Below, piece after piece: positions 38,971-52,576 of a stretch of 64,000 bases of DNA. How positions within the stretch are numbered: position 1 is the first letter of the stretch; every line of letters begins with the position of its first letter. The notes beneath the pieces were generated by a model that did not search any database, was not told the origin of the DNA, and was given only the letters and a program-made list of their open reading frames with translations. The position numbers and the translations under genes are program-made. Origin of the DNA: the human T2T-CHM13v2.0 reference genome, Homo sapiens; assembly GCF_009914755.1 (NCBI RefSeq), contig NC_060942.1; one strand, 5' to 3'.

Positions 38971-41900
38971 TTGTGGAATCTGCAAGTGGATATTTGGCTA
39001 GTTTTGAGGATTTCGTTGGAAGCGGGAATTCATACAAATTGCAGACTGCAGCGTTCTGAGAAACATCTTTGTGATGTTTGTATTCAGGACACAGAGTTGA
39101 ACATTCCCTATCATAGAGCAGGTTGGAATCACTCCTTTTGTAGTATCTGGAAGTGGACATTTGGAGCGCTTTCAGGCCTATGTTGAAAAAGGAAATATCT
39201 TCCCATAACAACTAGACACAAGCATTCTCAGAAACTTGTTTGTGATGTGTGCCCTCTACTGACAGAGTTGAACCTTTCTTTTCATAGAGCAGTTTTGAAA
39301 CACTCTTTTTGTAGAATCTGCAAGAGGATATTTGCATAGCTTTGAGGATTTCGTGGGAAACGGGATTGTCTTCAGGTAAAATCTAGACAGAAGCATTCTC
39401 AGAAACTTCTTTGGGATGTTTGCATTCAAGTCACAGAGTAGAACATTCCCTTTGGTAGAGCAGGTTTGAAACACTCTTTTTGTAGTATCTGGAAGTGGAC
39501 ATTTGGAGCGCTTTCAGGCCTATGTTGGAAAGGGAAATATCTTCCCGTAACAACTAGGCAGAAGCATTCTCAGAAACTTATTTGAGATGTGTGTACTCAA
39601 CTAAGAGAATTGAACCACCGTTTTGAAGGAGCAGTTTTGAAACACTCTTTTTCTGGAATCTGCAAGAGGATATTTGCCTAGCCTTGAGGATTTCGTTGGA
39701 AACGGGATTGTCTTCAGATCAAATCTAGACAGAAGCATTCTCAGAAACTTCTTTGGGATGTTTGCATTCAAGTCACAGAGTAGAACATTCCCTTTGGTAG
39801 AGCAGGTTTGAAACACTCTTTTTTTAGTATATGGAAGTGGACATTTGGAGCGCTTTCAGGCCTACGTTGGAAAAGGAAATATCTTCCCATAACAACTAGA
39901 CAGAAGCATTCTCAGAAACTAGTTTCTGATGTGTGTCCTCAACTAACACAGTTGAACATTTCTTTAGACAGAACAGTTTTGAAACTCTCTTTTTGTGGAA
40001 TCTGCAAGTGGATATTTGGCTAGATTTGAGGATTTCGTTGGAAACGGGATTACATATAAAAAGCAGACAGCAGCATTCTCAGAAAGTTCTTTGTGATGAT
40101 TGCATTCAAGTCACAGAATTGAACATTCCCTTTCACAGAGCAGGTTTGAAACACTCTTTTTGTAGTGTGTGTAAGTGGACATTTGGAGCACTTTCCGGCC
40201 TAAGGTGAAAAAGGAAATATCTTCCCATAAAAACTAGACAGAAGCATTCTCAGAAACTTACTCGTGATGTGTGTCCTCAACTAAAGGAGTAGAACCTTTC
40301 TTTTCATAGAGAAGTTTTGAAACGCTCTTTTTGTGGAATCTGCAAGTGGATATTTGGCTAGTTTGGAGGATTTCGTTGGAAGCGGGAATTCATACAAATT
40401 GCAGACTGCAGCGTTCTGAGAAACATCTTTGTGATGTTTGTATTCAGGACACAGAGTTGAACATTCCCTATCATAGAGCAGGTTTGAATCACTCCTTTTG
40501 TAGTATCTGGAAGTGGACATTTGGAGCGCTTTCAGGCCTATGTTGGAAAAGGAAATATCTTCCCATAACAACTAGACAGAAGCATTCTCAGAAACTTATT
40601 TGAGATGTGTGTACTCAACTAAGAGAATTGAACCACCGTTTTGAAGGAGCAGTTTTGAAACACTCTTTTTCTGGAATCTGCAAGTGGATATTTGGCTAGC
40701 TTTGGGGATTTCGCTGGAAGCGGGAATACATATAAAAAGCACACAGCAGCGTTCTGAGAAACTGCTTTCTGATGTTTGCATTCAAGTCAAAAGTTGAACA
40801 CTCCCTTTCATAGAGCAGTCCTGAAACACTCCTTTTGTAGTATCTGGAACTGGACTTTTGGAGCGCTTTCAGGGCTAAGGTGAAAAAGGAAATATCTTCC
40901 CATAAAAACTGGACAGAAGCATTCTCAGAAACTTGTTTATGCTGTATCTACTCTACTAAAAAAGTTGAACCTTTCTTTTGATAGAGCAGTTTTGAAATGC
41001 TCTTTTTGTGGAATCTGCAAGTGGATATTTGGCTAGATTTGAGGATTTCGTTGGAAGCTGGAATACATACAAATTGCAGACTGCAGCGTTCTGAGAAACA
41101 TCTTTGTGATGTTTGTATTCAGGACACAGAGTTGAACATTCCCTATCATAGAGCAGGTTGGAATCACTCCTTTTGTAGTATCTGGAAGTGGACATTTGGA
41201 GCGCTTTCAGGCCTATGTTGAAAAAGGAAATATCTTCCCATAACAACTAGACACAAGCATTCTCAGAAACTTGTTTGTGATGTGTGCCCTCTACTGACAG
41301 AGTTGAACCTTTCTTTTCATAGAGCAGTTTTGAAACACTCTTTTTGTAGAATCTGCAAGAGGATATTTGCATAGCTTTGAGGATTTCGTGGGAAACGGGA
41401 TTGTCTTCAGGTAAAATCTAGACAGAAGCATTCTCAGAAACTTCTTTGGGATGTTTGCATTCAAGTCACAGAGTAGAACATTCCCTTTGGTAGAGCAGGT
41501 TTGAAACACTCTTTTTGTAGTATCTGGAAGTGGACATTGGGAGCGCTTTCAGGCCTATGTTGGAAAGGGAAATATCTTCCCGTAACAACTAGGCAGAAGC
41601 ATTCTCAGAAACTTATTTGAGATGTGTGTACTCAACTAAGAGAATTGAACCACCGTTTTGAAGGAGCAGTTTTGAAACACTCTTTTTCTGCAATCTGCAA
41701 GAGGATATTTGCCTAGCCTTGAGGATTTCGTTGGAAACGGGATTGTCTTCAGATCAAATCTAGACAGAAGCATTCTCAGAAACTTCTTTGGGATGTTTGT
41801 ATTCAAGTCACAGAGTAGAACATTCCCTTTGGTAGAGCAGGTTTGAAACACTCTTTTTTTAGTATATGGAAGTGGACATTTGGAGCGCTTTCAGGCCTAC

Positions 41901-44900
41901 GTTGGAAAAGGAAATATCTTCCCATAACAACTAGACAGAAGCATTCTCAGAAACTAGTTTCTGATGTGTGTCCTCAACTAACACAGTTGAACATTTCTTT
42001 AGACAGAACAGTTTTGAAACTCTCTTTTTGTGGAATCTGCAAGTGGCTATTTGGCTAGATTTGAGGATTTCGTTGGAAACGGGAGTACATATAAAAAGCA
42101 GACAGCAGCATTCTCAGAAATTTCTTTGTGATGATTGCATTCAAGTCACAGAATTGAACATTCCCTTTCACAGAGCAGGTTTGAAACACTCTTTTTATAG
42201 TGTGTGTAAGTGGACATTTGGAGCACTTTCCGGCCTAAGGTGAAAAAGGAAATATCTTCCCATAAAAACTAGACAGAAGCATTCTCAGAAACTTACTCGT
42301 GATGTGTGTCCTCAACTAAAGGAGTAGAACCTTTGTTTTCATAGAGAAGTTTTGAAACGCTCTTTTTGTGGAATCTGCAAGTGGATATTTGGCTAGTTTG
42401 GAGGATTTCGTTGGAAGCGGGAATTCATACAAATTGCAGACTGCAGCGTTCTGAGAAACATCTTTGTGATGTTTGTATTCAGGACACAGAGTTGAACATT
42501 CCCTATCATAGAGCAGGTTTGAATCACTCCTTTTGTAGTATCTGGAAGTGGACATTTGGAGCGCTTTCAGGCCTATGTTGGAAAAGGAAATATCTTCCCA
42601 TAACAACTAGACAGAAGCATTCTCAGAAACTTATTTGAGATGTGTGTACTCAACTAAGAGAATTGAACCACCGTTTTGAAGGAGCAGTTTTGAAACACTC
42701 TTTTTCTGGAATCTGCAAGTGGATATTTGGCTAGCTTTGGGGATTTCGCTGGAAGCGGGAATACATATAAAAAGCACACAGCAGCGTTCTGAGAAACTGC
42801 TTTCTGATGTTTGCACTCAAGTCAAAAGTTGAACACTCCCTTTCATAGAGCAGTCCTGAAACACTCCTTTTGTAGTATCTGGAACTGGACTTTTGGAGCG
42901 CTTTCAGGGCTAAGGTGAAAAAGGAAATATCTTCCCATAAAAACTGGACAGAAGCATTCTCAGAAACTTGTTTATGCAGTATCTACTCTACTAAAAAAGT
43001 TGAACCTTTCTTTTGATAGAGCAGTTTTGAAATGCTCTTTTTGTGGAATCTGCACGTGGATATTTGGCTAGATTTGAGGATTTCGTTGGAAGCTGGAATA
43101 CATACAAATTGCAGACTGCAGCGTTCTGAGAAACATCTTTGTGATGTTTGTATTCAGGACACAGAGTTGAACATTCCCTATCATAGAGCAGGTTGGAATC
43201 ACTCCTTTTGTAGTATCTGGAAGTGGACATTTGGAGCGCTTTCAGGCCTATGTTGAAAAAGGAAATATCTTCCCATAACAACTAGACACAAGCATTCTCA
43301 GAAACTTGTTTGTGATGTGTGCCCTCTACTGACAGAGTTGAACCTTTCTTTTCATAGAGCAGTTTTGAAACACTCTTTTTGTAGAATCTGCAAGAGGATA
43401 TTTGCATAGCTTTGAGGATTTCGTGGGAAACGGGATTGTCTTCAGGTAAAATCTAGACAGAAGCATTCTCAGAAACTTCTTTGGGATGTTTGCATTCAAG
43501 TCACAGAGTAGAACATTCCCTTTGGTAGAGCAGGTTTGAAACACTCTTTTTGTAGTATCTGGAAGTGGACATTTGGAGCGCTTTCAGGCCTATGTTGGAA
43601 AGGGAAATATCTTCCCGTAACAACTAGGCAGAAGCATTCTCAGAAACTTATTTGAGATGTGTGTACTCAACTAAGAGAATTGAACCACCGTTTTGAAGGA
43701 GCAGTTTTGAAACACTCTTTTTCTGGAATCTGCAAGAGGATATTTGCCTAGCCTTGAGGATTTCGTTGGAAACGGGATTGTCTTCAGATCAAATCTAGAC
43801 AGAAGCATTCTCAGAAACTTCTTTGGGATGTTTGCATTCAAGTCACAGAGTAGAACATTCCCTTTGGTAGAGCAGGTTTGAAACACTCTTTTTTTAGTAT
43901 CTGGAAGTGGACATTTGGAGCGCTTTCAGGCCTACGTTGGAAAAGGAAATATCTTCCCATAACAACTAGACAGAAGCATTCTCAGAAACTAGTTTCTGAT
44001 GTGTGTCCTCAACTAACACAGTTGAACATTTCTTTAGACAGAACAGTTTTGAAACTCTCTTTTTGTGGAATCTGCAAGTGGATATTTGGCTAGATTTGAG
44101 GATTTCGTTGGAAACGGGATTACATATAAAAAGCAGACAGCAGCATTCTCAGAAAGTTCTTTGTGATGATTGCATTCAAGTCACAGAATTGAACATTCCC
44201 TTTCACAGAGCAGGTTTGAAACACTCTTTTTGTAGTGTGTGTAAGTGGACATTTGGAGCACTTTCCGGCCTAAGGTGAAAAAGGAAATATCTTCCCATAA
44301 AAACTAGACAGAAGCATTCTCAGAAACTTACTCGTGATGTGTGTCCTCAACTAAAGGAGTAGAACCTTTCTTTTCATAGAGAAGTTTTGAAACGCTCTTT
44401 TTGTGGAATCTGCAAGTGGATATTTGGCTAGTTTGGAGGATTTCGTTGGAAGCGGGAATTCATACAAATTGCAGACTGCAGCGTTCTGAGAAACATCTTT
44501 GTGATGTTTGTATTCAGGACACAGAGTTGAACATTCCCTATCATAGAGCAGGTTGGAATCACTCCTTTTGTGGTATCTGGAAGTGGACATTTGGAGCGCT
44601 TTCAGGCCTATGTTGGAAAAGGAAATATCTTCCCATAACAACTAGACAGAAGCATTCTCAGAAACTTATTTGAGATGTGTGTACTCAACTAAGAGAATTG
44701 AACCACCGTTTTGAAGGAGCAGTTTTGAAACACTCTTTTTCTGGAATCTGCAAGTGGATATTTGGCTAGCTTTGGGGATTTCGCTGGAAGCGGGAATACA
44801 TATAAAAAGCACACAGCAGCGTTCTGAGAAACTGCTTTCTGATGTTTGCATTCAAGTCAAAAGTTGAACACTCCCTTTCATAGAGCAGTCCTGAAACACT

Positions 44901-47900
44901 CCTTTTGTAGTATCTGGAACTGGACTTTTGGAGCGCTTTCAGGGCTAAGGTGAAAAAGGAAATATCTTCCCATAAAAACTGGACAGAAGCATTCTCAGAA
45001 ACTTGTTTATGCTGTATCTACTCTACTAAAAAAGTTGAACCTTTCTTTTGATAGAGCAGTTTTGAAATGCTCTTTTTGTGGAATCTGCAAGTGGATATTT
45101 GGCTAGATTTGAGGATTTCGTTGGAAGCTGGAATACATACAAATTGCAGACTGCAGCGTTCTGAGAAACATCTTTGTGATGTTTGTATTCAGGACACAGA
45201 GTTGAACATTCCCTATCATAGAGCAGGTTGGAATCACTCCTTTTGTAGTATCTGGAAGTGGACATTTGGAGCGCTTTCAGGCCTATGTTGAAAAAGGAAA
45301 TATCTTCCCATAACAACTAGACACAAACATTCTCAGAAACTTGTTTGTGATGTGTGCCCTCTACTGACAGAGTTGAACCTTTCTTTTCATAGAGCAGTTT
45401 TGAAACACTCTTTTTGTAGAATCTGCAAGAGGATATTTGCATAGCTTTGAGGATTTCGTGGGAAACGGGATTGTCTTCAGGTAAAATCTAGACAGAAGCA
45501 TTCTCAGAAACTTCTTTGGGATGTTTGCATTCAAGTCACAGAGTAGAACATTCCCTTTGGTAGAGCAGGTTTGAAACACTCTTTTTGTAGTATCTGGAAG
45601 TGGACATTTGGAGCGCTTTCAGGCCTATGTTGGAAAGGGAAATATCTTCCCGTAACAACTAGGCAGAAGCATTCTCAGAAACTTATTTGAGATGTGTGTA
45701 CTCAACTAAGAGAATTGAACCACCGTTTTGAAGGAGCAGTTTTGAAACACTCTTTTTCTGGAATCTGCAAGAGGATATTTGCCTAGCCTTGAGGATTTCG
45801 TTGGAAACGGGATTGTCTTCAGATCAAATCTAGACAGAAGCATTCTCAGAAACTTCTTTGGGATGTTTGCATTCAAGTCACAGAGTAGAACATTCCCTTT
45901 GGTAGAGCAGGTTTGAAACACTCTTTTTTTAGTATATGGAAGTGGACATTTGGAGCGCTTTCAGGCCTACGTTGGAAAAGGAAATATCTTCCCATAACAA
46001 CTAGACAGAAGCATTCTCAGAAACTAGTTTCTGATGTGTGTCCTCAACTAACACAGTTGAACATTTCTTTAGACAGAACAGTTTTGAAACTCTCTTTTTG
46101 TGGAATCTGCAAGTGGATATTTGGCTAGATTTGAGGATTTCGATGGAAACGGGATTACATATAAAAAGCAGACAGCAGCATTCTCAGAAAGTTCTTGGTG
46201 ATGATTGCATTCAAGTCACAGAATTGAACATTCCCTTTCACAGAGCAGGTTTGAAACACTCTTTTTGTAGTGTGTGTAAGTGGACATTTGGAGCACTTTC
46301 CGGCCTAAGGTGAAAAAGGAAATATCTTCCCATAAAAACTAGACAGAAGCATTCTCAGAAACTTACTCGTGATGTGTGTCCTCAACTAAAGGAGTAGAAC
46401 CTTTCTTTTCATAGAGAAGTTTTGAAACGCTCTTTTTGTGGAATCTGCAAGTGGATATTTGGCTAGTTTTGAGGATTTCGTTGGAAGCGGGAATTCATAC
46501 AAATTGCAGACTGCAGCGTTCTGAGAAACATCTTTGTGATGTTTGTATTCACGACACAGAGTTGAACATTCCCTATCATAGAGCAGGTTTGAATCACTCC
46601 TTTTGTAGTATCTGGAAGTGGACATTTGGAGCGCTTTCAGGCCTATGTTGGAAAAGGAAATATCTTCCCATAACAACTAGACAGAAGCATTCTCAGAAAC
46701 TTATTTGAGATGTGTGTACTCAACTAAGAGAATTGAACCACCGTTTTGAAGGAGCAGTTTTGAAACACTCTTTTTCTGGAATCTGCAAGTGGATATTTGG
46801 CTAGCTTTGGGGATTTCGCTGGAAGCGGGAATACATATAAAAAGCACACAGCAGCGTTCTGAGAAACTGCTTTCTGATGTTTGCATTCAAGTCAAAAGTT
46901 GAACACTCCCTTTCATAGAGCAGTCCTGAAACAATCCTTTTGTAGTATCTGGAACTGGACTTTTGGAGCGCTTTCAGGGCTAAGGTGAAAAAGGAAATAT
47001 CTTCCCATAAAAACTGGACAGAAGCATTCTCAGAAACTTGTTTATGCTGTATCTACTCTACTAAAAAAGTTGAACCTTTCTTTTGATAGAGCAGTTTTGA
47101 AATGCTCTTTTTGTGGAATCTGCAATTGGATATTTGGCTAGATTTGAGGATTTCGTTGGAAGCTGGAATACATACAAATTGCAGACTGCAGCGTTCTGAG
47201 AAACATCTTTGTGATGTTTGTATTCAGGACACAGAGTTGAACATTCCCTATCATAGAGCAGGTTGGAATCACTCCTTTTGTAGTATCTGGAAGTGGACAT
47301 TTGGAGCGCTTTCAGGCCTATGTTGAAAAAGGAAATATCTTCCCATAACAACTAGACACAAGCATTCTCAGAAACTTGTTTGTGATGTGTGCCCTCTACA
47401 GACAGAGTTGAACCTTTCTTTTCATAGAGCAGTTTTGAAACACTCTTTTTGTAGAATCTGCAAGAGGATATTTGCACAGCTTTGAGGATTTCGTGGGAAA
47501 CGGGATTGTCTTCAGGTAAAATCTAGACAGAAGCATTCTCAGAAACTTCTTTGGGATGTTTGCATTCAAGTCACAGAGTAGAACATTCCCTTTGGTAGAG
47601 CAGGTTTGAAACACTCTTTTTTTAGTATATGGAAGTGGACATTTGGAGCGCTTTCAGGCCTACGTTGGAAAAGGAAATATCTTCCCATAACAACTAGACA
47701 GAAGCATTCTCAGAAACTAGTTTCTGATGTGTGTCCTCAACTAACACAGTTGAACATTTCTTTAGACAGAACAGTTTTGAAACACTCTTTTTGTGGTATC
47801 TGCAAGTGGCTATTTGGCTAGATTTGAGGATTTCGTTGGAAACGGGATTACATATAAAAAGCAGACAGCAGCATTCTCAGAAACTTCTTTGTGATGATTG

Positions 47901-50300
47901 CATTCAAGTCACAGTATTGAACATTCCCTTTCACAGAGCAGGTTTGAAACACTCTTTGTATAGTGTGTGTAAGTGGACATTTGGAGCACTTTCCGGCCTA
48001 AGGTGAAAAAGGAAATATCTTCCCATAAAAACTAGACAGAAGCATTCTCAGAAACTTACTCGTGATGTGTGTCCTCAACTAAAGAAGTAGAACCTTTCTT
48101 TTCATAGATAAGTTTTGAAACGCTCTTTTTGTGGAATCTGCAAGTGGATATTTGGCTAGTTTTGAGGATTTCGTTGGAAGCGGGAATTCATACAAATTGC
48201 AGACTGCAGCGTTCTGAGAAACATCTTTGTGATGTTTGTATTCAGGACACAGAGTTGAACATTCCCTATCATAGAGCAGGTTGGAATCACTCCTTTTGTA
48301 GTATCTGGAAGTGGACATTTGGAGCGCTTTCAGGCCTATGTTGAAAAAGGAAATATCTTCCCATAACAACTAGACACAAGCATTCTCAGAAACTTGTTTG
48401 TGATGTGTGCCCTCTACTGACAGAGTTGAACCTTTCTTTTCATAGAGCAGTTTTGAAACACTCTTTTTGTAGAATCTGCAAGAGGATATTTGCATAGCTT
48501 TGAGGATTTCGTGGGAAACGGGATTGTCTTCAGGTAAAATCTAGACAGAAGCATTCTCAGAAACTTCTTTGGGATGTTTGCATTCAAGTCACAGAGTAGA
48601 ACATTCCCTTTGGTAGAGCAGGTTTGAAACACTCTTTTTGTAGTATCTGGAAGTGGACATTTGGAGCGCTTTCAGGCCTATGTTGGAAAGGGAAATATCT
48701 TCCCGTAACAACTAGGCAGAAGCATTCTCAGAAACTTATTTGAGATGTGTGTACTCAACTAAGAGAATTGAACCACCGTTTTGAAGGAGCAGTTTTGAAA
48801 CACTCTTTTTCTGGAATCTGCAAGAGGATATTTGCCTAGCCTTGAGGATTTCGTTGGAAACGGGATTGTCTTCAGATCAAATCTAGACAGAAGCATTCTC
48901 AGAAACTTCTTTGGGATGTTTGCATTCAAGTCACAGAGTAGAACATTCCCTTTGGTAGAGCAGGTTTGAAACACTCTTTTTTTAGTATATGGAAGTGGAC
49001 ATTTGGAGCGCTTTCAGGCCTACGTTGGAAAAGGAAATATCTTCCCATAACAACTAGACAGAAGCATTCTCAGAAACTAGTTTCTGATGTGTGTCCTCAA
49101 CTAACACAGTTGAACATTTCTTTAGACAGAACAGTTTTGAAACTCTCTTTTTGTGGAATCTGCAAGTGGCTATTTGGCTAGATTTGAGGATTTCATTGGA
49201 AACGGCATTACATATAAAAAGCAGACAGCAGCATTCTCAGAAAGTTCTTTGTGATGATTGCATTCAAGTCACAGAATTGAACATTCCCTTTCACAGAGCA
49301 GGTTTGAAACACTCTTTTTATAGTGTGTGTAAGTGGACATTTGGAGCACTTTCCGGCCTAAGGTGAAAAAGGGAATATCTTCCCATAAAAACTAGACAGA
49401 AGCATTCTCAGAAACTTACTCGTGATGTGTGTCCTCAACTAAAGGAGTAGAACCTTTGTTTTCATAGAGAAGTTTTGAAACGCTCTTTTTGTGGAATCTG
49501 CAAGTGGATATTTGGCTAGTTTGGAGGATTTCGTTGGAAGCGGGAATTCATACAAATTGCAGACTGCAGCGTTCTGAGAAACATCTTTGTGATGTTTGTA
49601 TTCAGGACACAGAGTTGAACATTCCCTATCATAGAGCAGGTTTGAATCACTCCTTTTGTAGTATCTGGAAGTGGACATTTGGAGCGCTTTCAGGCCTATG
49701 TTGGAAAAGGAAATATCTTCCCATAACAACTAGACAGAAGCATTCTCAGAAACTTATTTGAGATGTGTGTACTCAACTAAGAGAATTGAACCACCGTTTT
49801 GAAGGAGCAGTTTTGAAACACTCTTTTTCTGGAATCTGCAAGTGGATATTTGGCTAGCTTTGGGGATTTCGCTGGAAGCGGGAATACATATAAAAAGCAC
49901 ACAGCAGCGTTCTGAGAAACTGCTTTCTGATGTTTGCATTCAAGTCAAAAGTTGAACACTCCCTTTCATAGAGCAGTCCTGAAACACTCCTTTTGTAGTA
50001 TGTGGAACTGGACTTTTGGAGCGCTTTCAGGGCTAAGGTGAAAAAGGAAATATCTTCCCATAAAAACTGGACAGAAGCATTCTCAGAAACTTGTTCATGC
50101 TGTATCTACTCTACTAAAAAAGTTGAACCTTTCTTTTGATAGAGCAGTTTTGAAATGCTCTTTTTGTGGAATCTGCAAGTGGATATTTGGCTAGATTTGA
50201 GGATTTCGTTGGAAGCTGGAATACAAACAAATTCCAGACTGCAGCGTTCTGAGAAACATCTTTGTGATGTTTGTATTCAGGACACAGAGTTGAACATTCC
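38900..50300 (+). repeat. HOR haplotype block III (broken dimer-B CENP-B box lineage)
   Basis: CTCtACTAAaAAAG, CTAGaTTTG and GAAGCtGGAATaCATAC at B boxes 41046, 43081, 45116, 47151 and 50204. Confidence 0.85.
47489..48506 (+). repeat. 6-mer HOR structural variant type 1, copy 3
   Basis: C boxes at 47489 and 48507; same junctions and private SNVs. Confidence 0.93.
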
Positions 50301-52576
50301 CTATCATAGAGCAGGTTGGAATCACTCCTTTTGTAGTATCTGGAAGTGGACATTTGGAGCGCTTTCAGGCCTATGTTGAAAAAGGAAATATCTTCCCATA
50401 ACAACTAGACACAAGCATTCTCAGAAACTTGTTTGTGATGTGTGCCCTCTACTGACAGAGTTGAACCTTTCTTTTCATAGAGCAGTTTTGAAACACTCTT
50501 TTTGTAGAATCTGCAAGAGGATATTTGCATAGCTTTGAGGATTTCGTGGGAAACGGGATTGTCTTCAGGTAAAATCTAGACAGAAGCATTCTCAGAAACT
50601 TCTTTGGGATGTTTGCATTCAAGTCACAGAGTAGAACATTCCCTTTGGTAGAGCAGGTTTGAAACACTCTTTTTGTAGTATCTGGAAGTGGACATTTGGA
50701 GCGCTTTCAGGCCTATGTTGGAAAGGGAAATATCTTCCCGTAACAACTAGGCAGAAGCATTCTCAGAAACTTATTTGAGATGTGTGTACTCAACTAAGAG
50801 AATTGAACCACCGTTTTGAAGGAGCAGTTTTGAAACACTCTTTTTCTGGAATCTGCAAGAGGATATTTGCCTAGCCTTGAGGATTTCGTTGGAAACGGGA
50901 TTGTCTTCAGATCAAATCTAGACAGAAGCATTCTCAGAAACTTCTTTGGGATGTTTGCATTCAAGTCACAGAGTAGAACATTCCCTTTGGTAGAGCAGGT
51001 TTGAAACACTCTTTTTTTAGTATATGGAAGTGGACATTTGGAGCGCTTTCAGGCCTACGTTGGAAAAGGAAATATCTTCCCATAACAACTAGACAGAAGC
51101 ATTCTCAGAAACTAGTTTCTGATGTGTGTCCTCAACTAACACAGTTGAACATTTCTTTAGACAGAACAGTTTTGAAACTCTCTTTTTGTGGAATCTGCAA
51201 GTGGCTATTTGGCTAGATTTGAGGATTTCGTTGGAAACGGGATTACATATAAAAAGCAGACAGCAGCATTCTCAGAAAGTTCTTTGTGATGATTGCATTC
51301 AAGTCACAGAATTGAACATTCCCTTTCACAGAGCAGGTTTGAAACACTCTTTTTGTAGTGTGTGTAAGTGGACATTTGGAGCACTTTCCGGCCTAAGGTG
51401 AAAAAGGAAATATCTTCCCATAAAAACTAGACAGAAGCATTCTCAGAAACTTACTCGTGATGTGTGTCCTCAACTAAAGGAGTAGAACCTTTGTTTTCAT
51501 AGAGAAGTTTTGAAACGCTCTTTTTGTGGAATCTGCAAGTGGATATTTGGCTAGTTTGGAGGATTTCGTTGGAAGCGGGAATTCATACAAATTGCAGACT
51601 GCAGCGTTCTGAGAAACATCTTTGTGATGTTTGTATTCAGGACACAGAGTTGAACATTCCCTATCATAGAGCAGGTTTGAATCACTCCTTTTGTAGTATC
51701 TGGAAGTGGACATTTGGAGCGCTTTCAGGCCTATGTTGGAAAAGGAAATATCTTCCCATAACCACTAGACAGAAGCATTCTCAGAAACTTATTTGAGATG
51801 TGTGTACTCAACTAAGAGAATTGAACCACCGTTTTGAAGGAGCAGTTTTGAAACACTCTTTTTCTGGAATCTGCAAGTGGATATTTGGCTAGCTTTGGGG
51901 ATTTCGCTGGAAGCGGGAATACATGTAAAAAGCACACAGCAGCGTTCTGAGAAACTGCTTTCTGATGTTTGCATTCAAGTCAAAAGTTGAACACTCCCTT
52001 TCATAGAGCAGTCCTGAAACACTCCTTTTGTAGTATCTGGAACTGGACTTTTGGAGCGCTTTCAGGGCTAAGGTGAAAAAGGAAATATCTTCCCATAAAA
52101 ACTGGACAGAAGCATTCTCAGAAACTTGTTTATGCTGTATCTACTCAACTAACAAAGTTGAACCTTTCTTTTGATAGAGCAGTTTTGAAATGCTCTTTTT
52201 GTGGAATCTGCAAGTGGATATTTGGCTAGTTTGGAGGATTTCGTTGGAAGCGGGAATTCATACAAATTGCAGACTGCAGCGTTCTGAGAAACATCTTTGT
52301 GATGTTTGTATTCAGGACAGAGAGTTGAACATTCCCTATCATAGAGCAGGTTGGAATCACTCCTTTTGTAGTATCTGGAAGTGGACATTTGGAGCGCTTT
52401 CAGGCCTATGTTGAAAAAGGAAATATCTTCCCATAACAACTAGACACAAGCATTCTCAGAAACTTGTTTGTGATGTGTGCCCTCTACTGACAGAGTTGAA
52501 CCTTTCTTTTCATAGAGCAGTTTTGAAACACTCTTTTTGTAGAATCTGCAAGAGGATATTTGCATAGCTTTGAGGA

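Noticed and set aside
46138-46154. Variant boxes TTTCGaTGGAAACGGGA and cTTCGCTGGAgGCGGGA (near 14254 and 21376)
   Set aside because: Changes are at non-core positions, so they were not counted as disrupted.
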